Shown here: positions 57,454 to 64,000 of the stretch, in pieces
Position numbering within the stretch: the first letter of the stretch is position 1
How the letters are laid out: the number at the start of each line of letters is the position of its first letter
Source of the DNA: Betaproteobacteria bacterium
GTDB lineage: Bacteria; Pseudomonadota; Gammaproteobacteria; Burkholderiales; Burkholderiaceae_C
DNA: 64,000 nt
Direction of reading: 5' to 3'
Assembly (NCBI GenBank): GCA_031371275.1
Contig: JANMJI010000021.1
Location: 2,369-66,368 of the forward strand
Program-made: the position numbers and the translations under genes
Notes under the pieces: generated by a model
What the model was told of the DNA's origin: nothing
The model's input: only the letters and a program-made list of their open reading frames with translations
Databases searched by the model: none

Positions 57454-58278
57454 ATGACCGAACGGTTTGTGTTCTTTGTCTCGGACGGCACCGGCATCAC
57501 CGCCGAGACCTTTGGCAATTCGATACTGGCCCAGTTCCCGGCCCGCCACCGCCATGTGCGCCGGCCTTTCATCGACAGCCTGGACAAGGCCCGGCAGGTG
57601 GTGCGCGAGATCAACGAATGCGCAGAACGCGAAGGCCTGCGGCCGGTGGTCTTCACCACGCTGGTCGACGCCGAAGTGCTGGCGCTGGTCGCCAGCGAAA
57701 GCTGCAAAGGCCTGGTGCTGGACATGTTCCGCACCTTTGTAGAACCGCTGGAAGTCGAGTTCGGCGTCAAGAGCAACCACCGTGTGGGCCGCTTTTCGGA
57801 CGCCAGTGAAAGCCAGGAATACCACGACCGCATCGAGGCCATCAACTTCAGCCTGGCGCATGACGACGGCCAAAGCGCGCGCAACCTGGACGTCGCCGAT
57901 GTCATCTTGCTGGGCGTCAGCCGCAGCGGCAAGACGCCCACTTCGCTGTACCTGGCCATGCAGCACGGCATCAAGGCCGCGAACTGCCCGCTGATACCCG
58001 AAGACTTCGAACGTGGCCGCCTGCCCACACCGCTGGGGCCACACAAGCGCAAGTGTTTTGGCCTGACCATAGACCCTGAACGGCTGGCGCAGATACGCCA
58101 CGAACGCCGGCCCGGCAGCAAATACGCTTCGCTGGCCAACTGCCGCTACGAAGTGAATGAAGCCGAAAGCATGATGCGGCGCGAGGGCATTGCGTGGCTC
58201 AGCAGCACGCACAAATCCATCGAAGAAATTGCCACCACGATCCTGCGTGACCTGCGGCCCGACAGGCTGATTTACTGA
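57454..58278 (+). CDS. ppsR: PEP synthase regulatory protein (kinase/pyrophosphorylase, DUF299)
   Basis: SDGTGITAE, RIEAINFSLAHDDG, GVSRSGKTPTSLYLA, SIEEIA. Divergent from ppsA. Confidence 0.95.
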   Translation: MTERFVFFVSDGTGITAETFGNSILAQFPARHRHVRRPFIDSLDKARQVVREINECAEREGLRPVVFTTLVDAEVLALVASESCKGLVLDMFRTFVEPLEVEFGVKSNHRVGRFSDASESQEYHDRIEAINFSLAHDDGQSARNLDVADVILLGVSRSGKTPTSLYLAMQHGIKAANCPLIPEDFERGRLPTPLGPHKRKCFGLTIDPERLAQIRHERRPGSKYASLANCRYEVNEAESMMRREGIAWLSSTHKSIEEIATTILRDLRPDRLIY

Positions 58279-59054
58279 GGGCCCAAGCCGCGCCGGGCTG
58301 ATTCGTACAGGCAGACCGCGGCAGCAGCGGCGACGTTCAGCGACTCTTCACCGCCGGGCTGAGGAATGCGCACCTGCAGCGCGCAACGTCGCAGCAGGGC
58401 TGGGCCCAGGCCCTGCCCTTCGTGGCCCAGCACCCAGGCGCAAGGCTGCGGCAACGCGGCTGTGGGCAGCAAGGTGCCGGCATGCGAACTGGTGGCCAGC
58501 AGCGGCACCTGCAGGCCGTCCAGCGCGTCGGGTTCCAGCCCTTCCAGCAGATGCAACGCAAAGTGCGCGCCCATGCCGGCGCGCAGCACCTTGGGCGACC
58601 ACAGCGCCACCGTGCCCTTCAAGGCCAGCACCTGCGGCACGCCAAAGGCCGCGGCGCTGCGCAGGATGCTGCCCACGTTGCCGGGGTCTTGCACACGGTC
58701 GAGGACCACGCTGGCGACCAGCGGGTTCAACGTCGGTGCGGCCGGCTGGTCGATCAGAAAACCCAGTTGCGCCGGCGATTGCAGCGTGCTCAAGCCCTTG
58801 AACATCACCGGCGGCACGACTGCCACCTGCGCCGCCCAACCCGCCAACGCGCGCAGTGCGGGGTCGGCCCAGGCGGCTTCGGTGACGATGGCCTGCGCCG
58901 CCGCGATGCCGCGCGCCCGCAGCGCTGTGCACAGGTGGTCGCCTTCCAGCCAAAGCTGCCCGCCACGGCGATAAGCAGCGCCATCCTGGGCCAGCTTGCG
59001 CACACGCACAAGCAGCGCGTTGTCGCGCGAAGTGATGAACACCGAAGCGCTCAA
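58272..59054 (-). CDS. TrmH/SpoU-family RNA methyltransferase
   Basis: ITSRDN, VQDPGNVGSILRSA, GHEGQG, IPQPGGEESLNVAAA. TTG start at 59054 is uncertain. Confidence 0.92.
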   Translation of the reverse strand: MSASVFITSRDNALLVRVRKLAQDGAAYRRGGQLWLEGDHLCTALRARGIAAAQAIVTEAAWADPALRALAGWAAQVAVVPPVMFKGLSTLQSPAQLGFLIDQPAAPTLNPLVASVVLDRVQDPGNVGSILRSAAAFGVPQVLALKGTVALWSPKVLRAGMGAHFALHLLEGLEPDALDGLQVPLLATSSHAGTLLPTAALPQPCAWVLGHEGQGLGPALLRRCALQVRIPQPGGEESLNVAAAAAVCLYESARRGLGPQ

Positions 59055-59193
59055 TGGGGCACCCCAAGGCCTGCGGCCGGCCTGGCCCGCGGCGGGGCCA
59101 GGCGTGCGCCAGGCCTGCGCCGTCCGCAGGGACGGCCGCTGTCCGGGCGCACGCCCGCCGCGCGGGATTGAGCCCTCGGCAAAGCCGGCGCGC

Positions 59194-59817
59194 TCAAGAC
59201 CGCTCCAACACCGCCCGCACCGGCGCAAAACTGCGCCGGTGTGCGGCACAGGCACCATGGCGCTGCAAGGCCGCCAGGTGCTCGGGCGTGGGGTAGCCCT
59301 TGTGGCTGGCAAAGCCGTATTGCGGATGGCGTTCGTGCAGCTCTTGGCACAGGCGGTCGCGCTGCACCTTGGCCAGTATCGAAGCGGCCGATATCGCCGC
59401 CACCAGCGCATCGCCCTTGACCACCGCGGCGACCTGCATGCGCAGTGTCGGCACGCGGTTGCCGTCCACCACCACGCGGTGCGGCGGCAAACGCAGCGCT
59501 TCCACGGCACGGCGCATGGCCAGCAGCGTGGCCTGCAGAATGTTCAGCAGGTCAATCTCTTCCACGCTGGCGCTGGCAATCGAGCAGCACAAGGCCTTGG
59601 CGCGAATCTCATCGAACAGCCTTTCGCGGCGCCGCGGGCTGATGACTTTGGAATCGCCCAGGCCCTTGATGGGATACATGTCGTCCAGGATCACCGCCGC
59701 GGCCACCACCGGCCCGGCCAAGGGGCCGCGGCCGGCTTCGTCAACACCGGCGACCAGGCCCGGTGTGTCCCAGCCCGGGCCGAGCTGCTCAAGCCGAAAT
59801 GAGCTGCGCGATCGCAT
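59194..59817 (-). CDS. rnhB: Ribonuclease HII
   Basis: [43 protein letters not shown]. Confidence 0.97.
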   Translation of the reverse strand: MRSRSSFRLEQLGPGWDTPGLVAGVDEAGRGPLAGPVVAAAVILDDMYPIKGLGDSKVISPRRRERLFDEIRAKALCCSIASASVEEIDLLNILQATLLAMRRAVEALRLPPHRVVVDGNRVPTLRMQVAAVVKGDALVAAISAASILAKVQRDRLCQELHERHPQYGFASHKGYPTPEHLAALQRHGACAAHRRSFAPVRAVLERS

Positions 59818-60919
59818 CGCTGGCACAGCGCGCGGTGTCGCGCTTGAGCAGGTGGTGAAGAGCCTCGAAGCGCTGCGCGATGGCGCTGCGGGCCGGCGCA
59901 TCGTCGAGCCAGCGCAGCGTGGCCGCGGCCAGTGCGGCGGGCTGGCAGGCGTCTTGTATGAATTCGGGCACGACGAATTCACGGCACAGGATGTTGGGCA
60001 GGCCGACCCAGGGTTGGTAGCGCATGCGTTTCATGATCTGCCAGCTTAGAGGATGCATGCGGTAGGCGATGACCATCGGTTGCTTGAACAGCGCGGCTTC
60101 CAGTGTCGCCGTGCCGCTGGCGATCAAGGTCACGTCGCAGGCCGCCAGCACGGCATGCGACTGGCCGTCGAGCAGGCGCAGCGGCACACCCGGGGCATGG
60201 GCCTGCAACAGCGGCTCGACCATCGCGCGCAAGCCCGGTGCCACAGGCAACACAAACTTCAGCTCGGGACGTTGCTTGTGCAGCAGCGCCACGGCTTGCA
60301 GGAAAGCCGGCGCGATGTATTGAATCTCAGAGCGCCGGCTGCCCGGCAAAACCGCCACCACGGTGTCGCATTCGGCCAGACCCAGCGCCAACCGGCTGGT
60401 GGTGCGTGGTGGCAGCAGCGGTATCGCGTCGGCCAGCGGGTGGCCGACAAAACTGGCGGCCACGCCATGGGCTTGCAGCAGTGCGGGCTCGAAGGGAAAC
60501 AAGCACAACACATGGTCGCAACTGTCGGCCATCTTCTTCGCACGGCCACCCCGCCAGGCCCAGATCGAAGGGCAGACGAAGTGCACGGTCTTGATGCCGG
60601 CCTGCTTCAATCGCAATTCCAGGCCGAGGTTGAAGTCGGGGGCGTCGACACCGACGAAGACCGCCGGCGGTTGGTGCAGCAGGCGTTCGGCGATGGCATG
60701 GCGTAGGCGCGAAATTTCGCCGTAGTGGCGCAGCACTTCAACGTAGCCGCGCACGGCCAGCTTGTCGTGCGGCCACCAGGCATCGAAGCCTTGTTCGGCC
60801 ATGCGCGGCCCGCCGATGCCCGCCGCCCGCAGACCGGGCCAGCGTGCGCGCAGGCCGGTCAGCAACAGGCCCGCAAGCAGGTCGCCCGAGGCCTCGCCGG
60901 CGACCATGGCCAGGTGCAT
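59789..60919 (-). CDS. lpxB: Lipid-A-disaccharide synthase
   Basis: [49 protein letters not shown]. Confidence 0.97.
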   Translation of the reverse strand: MHLAMVAGEASGDLLAGLLLTGLRARWPGLRAAGIGGPRMAEQGFDAWWPHDKLAVRGYVEVLRHYGEISRLRHAIAERLLHQPPAVFVGVDAPDFNLGLELRLKQAGIKTVHFVCPSIWAWRGGRAKKMADSCDHVLCLFPFEPALLQAHGVAASFVGHPLADAIPLLPPRTTSRLALGLAECDTVVAVLPGSRRSEIQYIAPAFLQAVALLHKQRPELKFVLPVAPGLRAMVEPLLQAHAPGVPLRLLDGQSHAVLAACDVTLIASGTATLEAALFKQPMVIAYRMHPLSWQIMKRMRYQPWVGLPNILCREFVVPEFIQDACQPAALAAATLRWLDDAPARSAIAQRFEALHHLLKRDTARCASDAIAQLISA

Positions 60920-61002
60920 GGGTCAGCCAGCGACGGGCCGGTCGCAAGCCGGCTGAGCGCGCCCATGGCGGGCCGCGAACGCAGCGAGCTTGGGGGCCAA
61001 CA

Positions 61003-61791
61003 TCAGCGCGCGATGCCGCGGGTGGAAGCGGCCAGGAAGTCGAGCAGGGCCTGGATCTCGTCATCACCACCTTCGACGCTGCCCAGCAACGCGCCGATGG
61101 CCGCACGCGACTTCTCCAGCGTCAAGCCATCGCGGTACAGCAGCCGGTGCATTTGCTTGACCAGCGCAATGCGCTGACGCGAAAAACCACGTCGGCGCAG
61201 GCCTTCGGCGTTGAAGCCGTGCACAGCCAGCGGGTTGCCCGAGGCCGTCATGAAGGGCGGTATGTCTTGCGAGACATGGCTCTGAAAGCCCAGCATCACA
61301 TGCGCGCCGACCTTGCAGAACTGGTGGATGCCGCTCAAACCGCCGACGATGGTCCAGTCGCCGACCTGTACATGTCCGGCCAGCGTGGCGTTGTTGGCCA
61401 ACACCGTATAACTTCCCAATTGCACGTCATGGGCGATGTGCACGTAGGCCATGATCCAGTTGTCGCTGCCCACACGCGTGACACCGCCGCCCTGCACGGT
61501 GCCGCGGTTGAAGGTGGTGAACTCGTGGATGGTGTTGCGCTCGCCGATGTGCAGCGCGGTCGGCTCGCCGCGGTACTTCATGTCCTGCGGTGCGCCGCCC
61601 AATGCGGCGTGCGAACGGATGACGTTGTCGCTGCCGATGACGGTGGGGCCTTCGATGACGCAGTGCGCGCCAATCGTCGTGCCTGCCCCCACTTGCACAC
61701 CGGCGCCGATGACCGCGTAGGGCCCCACGCTGACGCTGGCTGCCAGCTCGGCCTTGGCATCGACGATGGCGGTGGCGTGAACCTGGGTCAT
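61003..61791 (-). CDS. lpxA: UDP-N-acetylglucosamine O-acyltransferase
   Basis: Hexapeptide repeats, PQDMKY, HIAHD, LAGHV, HQF, GLRRRGF. Confidence 0.97.
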   Translation of the reverse strand: MTQVHATAIVDAKAELAASVSVGPYAVIGAGVQVGAGTTIGAHCVIEGPTVIGSDNVIRSHAALGGAPQDMKYRGEPTALHIGERNTIHEFTTFNRGTVQGGGVTRVGSDNWIMAYVHIAHDVQLGSYTVLANNATLAGHVQVGDWTIVGGLSGIHQFCKVGAHVMLGFQSHVSQDIPPFMTASGNPLAVHGFNAEGLRRRGFSRQRIALVKQMHRLLYRDGLTLEKSRAAIGALLGSVEGGDDEIQALLDFLAASTRGIAR

Positions 61792-61807
61792 GTCAGCGCA
61801 GGTCGGG

Positions 61808-62266
61808 TCAAGCAGCAGCCGGCGGAATTTTGCGCATCGTGCACATCAGGTCGGCTTCGGCGACAAGGTGGCCGTCCACAGTGGCGCGGGTCTTGTACTT
61901 GTAGATGCCCGACTTGGCGCGTTCGATGACGGCTTCCAGGATCAACTGGTCGCCCGGGCCCACGGGCCGCTTGAAACGCGCGTTGTCGATGCCGGCAAAG
62001 TAGACCACGGTGTCGTCGCCGGGCTCGGCATCCACCGCGTCGAAGGACAGAATGGCCGCGGCCTGGGCCAGCGCTTCCAGCATCAACACACCGGGCATCA
62101 CCGGCCTGGCCGGAAAGTGGCCCTGGAAAAACGGCTCGTTGATGGTCACGTTTTTCAGCGCCTTGATGCGCACGCCTTTCTCAAGCTCCAGCACGCGGTC
62201 GACCAGCAAAAACGGGTAGCGGTGCGGCAGCTTGCGCAGGATTTGTTGGATGTCCATCGTGATCAC
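61808..62266 (-). CDS. fabZ: 3-hydroxyacyl-ACP dehydratase
   Basis: [33 protein letters not shown]. Start is 62266 (GTG) or 62257 (ATG). Confidence 0.97.
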   Translation of the reverse strand: MITMDIQQILRKLPHRYPFLLVDRVLELEKGVRIKALKNVTINEPFFQGHFPARPVMPGVLMLEALAQAAAILSFDAVDAEPGDDTVVYFAGIDNARFKRPVGPGDQLILEAVIERAKSGIYKYKTRATVDGHLVAEADLMCTMRKIPPAAA

Positions 62267-63297
62267 GTTTTTTTCTCCAGCGCGCGCAGCCGTTCACGCA
62301 GCGTGTGCAGTTGCCGCAGCGTGGCGGCGTTCTTCTCCCACGAGGCATTGTCATCGAAGGGAAACATGCCGCTGTACTGGCCAGGCTTGCGGATGGACCG
62401 GCTGATGACGGTGGCCGCCGTGATGTGGACGTGGTCGCAGATTTCCAGATGGCCCAGGATGATGGCGCCGCCGCCGGCCGTGCAATGGCGGCCGATGCGC
62501 GCGCTGCCGGCGACGCCGACACAACCGGCAAAGGCACTGTGTGCACCGACGCGCACGTTGTGGCCGATCTGCACCAGGTTGTCGAGCTTGACGCCGTCTT
62601 CCAGCACCGTGTCTTCCAGCGCGCCGCGGTCGATGCAGGTGTTGGCACCGATTTCCACGTCGTCGCCAATGCGCACACCGCCGAGTTGTTCGATCTTTTC
62701 CCAACGCCCGCCTGCTTCCAGCGGCGTTGGCGCGAAGCCGAAGCCGTCGGCACCGATGACGACACCGCCGTGCACCAGGCCGCGTTCACCGATGCGGCAG
62801 CCTGCCCCCAGCACCACATGCGGGCGCAGCACAGTGCCGGCGCCCACCTGTGCGCCTTCGCCGACATGGCAGTGCGTGCCCAGCACGGCGCCGGCTTCGA
62901 CGCGCGCATGGGCAGCGACGTAGGCCAGCGCGCCCACGGAGGCCCCTGCATCGATGTAGGCGCCCTCTTCCACCACCGCGCTGGCATGCACGCCGGCCGC
63001 AGGTGCGCGGCGCGTCTGCGCAGCCCACCACTGCGTCAGGCGGGCAAAGGCCAGGTAGGGGTCGGCGCAGACAATGGCCGCACCGCGCGCCGCTGCCACA
63101 TCGCGCAGCGCCGGCCCGACGATGACGCAGCCCGCGGCCGAAGCAGCCAGCTGAGACTGGTAGCGCGGATTGGACAAAAAGCCGATGGTCTGCGCGTCGG
63201 CCGACTCCAGCGGGCCGATGCGGCTGATGGTGGCTTGGGCATCACCAAGCAGTTCACCGCCAAGCCGCGCGGCCAAGTCACCCAGGCGAGCGTGCAT
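62263..63297 (-). CDS. lpxD: UDP-3-O-acylglucosamine N-acyltransferase
   Basis: DPYLAFA, hexapeptide repeats, [27 protein letters not shown]. Confidence 0.97.
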   Translation of the reverse strand: MHARLGDLAARLGGELLGDAQATISRIGPLESADAQTIGFLSNPRYQSQLAASAAGCVIVGPALRDVAAARGAAIVCADPYLAFARLTQWWAAQTRRAPAAGVHASAVVEEGAYIDAGASVGALAYVAAHARVEAGAVLGTHCHVGEGAQVGAGTVLRPHVVLGAGCRIGERGLVHGGVVIGADGFGFAPTPLEAGGRWEKIEQLGGVRIGDDVEIGANTCIDRGALEDTVLEDGVKLDNLVQIGHNVRVGAHSAFAGCVGVAGSARIGRHCTAGGGAIILGHLEICDHVHITAATVISRSIRKPGQYSGMFPFDDNASWEKNAATLRQLHTLRERLRALEKKT

Positions 63298-63322
63298 GCG
63301 CTGCAGCCCGCCTTGCCGCCGC

Positions 63323-63868
63323 TTATTTGCCGGGCGCGGCCGGCGTGTTCAAGACCTTGATCACCTTGTCGGTGATGTCGACGCGGGCGCTGGCAAACAC
63401 CACCTCTTGCAGGATCAGGTCGTACTTTTCGGTCTCGAAAATCTGCCGGATGACGCGGTTCGCGCGTTCCACCACCGCGGCCAGTTCTTCGTTGCGGCGC
63501 TGGTTCAGGTCTTCCTGAAATTCACGCCGCTTGCGCTGCAGGTCGCGGTCTTGCTCGACCAGTTCACGCTGGCGCCGCGTGCGTTCTGCCTCGGACAACG
63601 TGGGCTGCTCTTTTTCAAGCCGGTCGGCCGCGGCCTTGAGCTTGGCGGCCACGTCATTCAGCTCGCGCTCGCGCTTGCTGAACTCGGCTTCGAGCTTGGC
63701 CTGCGCGGCCTTGGCGGGTATGGCTTCGCGCAGCACACGTTCGCTGTTGACGTAGCCGATCTTCAGGTCTTGCGCGGCGGCAGGGGCCACAGCGGCTGCG
63801 AACATCGCAGCGGCAAGGGCAAGGGCGTGGGCAAGGGCTTGCGCACGGCGGAGGGCGAACGTCTTCAT
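63323..63868 (-). CDS. skp: Periplasmic chaperone Skp/OmpH
   Basis: Signal peptide, KIGYVN, long coiled coil, YDLIL, DITDKV. Confidence 0.93.
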   Translation of the reverse strand: MKTFALRRAQALAHALALAAAMFAAAVAPAAAQDLKIGYVNSERVLREAIPAKAAQAKLEAEFSKRERELNDVAAKLKAAADRLEKEQPTLSEAERTRRQRELVEQDRDLQRKRREFQEDLNQRRNEELAAVVERANRVIRQIFETEKYDLILQEVVFASARVDITDKVIKVLNTPAAPGK

Positions 63869-64000
63869 CAGAAGGCAGTCCCGATCTGGAATTGGAAACG
63901 CTGGATTCTATCGTTGCGCTGCACGCGCAAAGGCTTGCCCCAGCTCAGTTTCAAAGGGCCCACCGGCGAGATCCAGGAAAGCCCGAGGCCGACCGACGAA
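63868..64000 (-). CDS. bamA: Outer-membrane protein assembly factor BamA, C-terminal end only
   Basis: SSVGLGLSWISPVGPLKLSWG...FQFQIGTAF*. TGATG overlap with skp. Confidence 0.93.
   Translation of the reverse strand, partial: SSVGLGLSWISPVGPLKLSWGKPLRVQRNDRIQRFQFQIGTAF

Overview
A 64-kb, GC-rich (about two-thirds G+C by eye) piece of core chromosome from a Burkholderiales betaproteobacterium. The gene styles look Rubrivivax/Ideonella/Aquabacterium-like, which is inference only. Left to right: a partly decayed FNR-box-controlled microaerobic locus (ccoI-like P1B ATPase, small eRF1-like protein, pat acetyltransferase pseudogene) beyond the 3' end of tRNA-Val(GAC); relA; alpha/beta hydrolase and bdhA; SIMPL and ompR-envZ; ispF-ispD and mfd-serB; TonB-C protein, S9 peptidase, hrpA, VOC; argA-yggX-hns; membrane PAS-GGDEF-EAL coupled to dnaG, then rpoD; adenylate cyclase-FHA, receiver protein and hemH; a 942-aa PEP-CTERM repeat protein; hslR-grpE-dnaK-dnaJ; a LexA-boxed PA0069 radical SAM gene; dnaB and rplI-rpsR-priB-rpsF; SSS and MFS transporters; ppsA/ppsR; and the trmH-rnhB-lpxB-lpxA-fabZ-lpxD-skp-bamA cluster. 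I saw no integrase, transposase, prophage, CRISPR array or rRNA, and no multi-gene system that is clearly new. The best leads are: (i) a hypoxia-regulated minimal aeRF1/Balon-like protein in a decaying FNR locus; (ii) a phosphothreonine-sensing adenylate cyclase in an operon with a receiver protein and ferrochelatase; (iii) a REP-like palindrome retained in frame inside hrpA; (iv) a perfect DnaA box over the dnaK sigma32 promoter; (v) several promoters that predict leaderless or near-leaderless mRNAs, including an SOS-boxed one; (vi) many short tandem micro-duplications. All calls were made by eye and no databases were searched.
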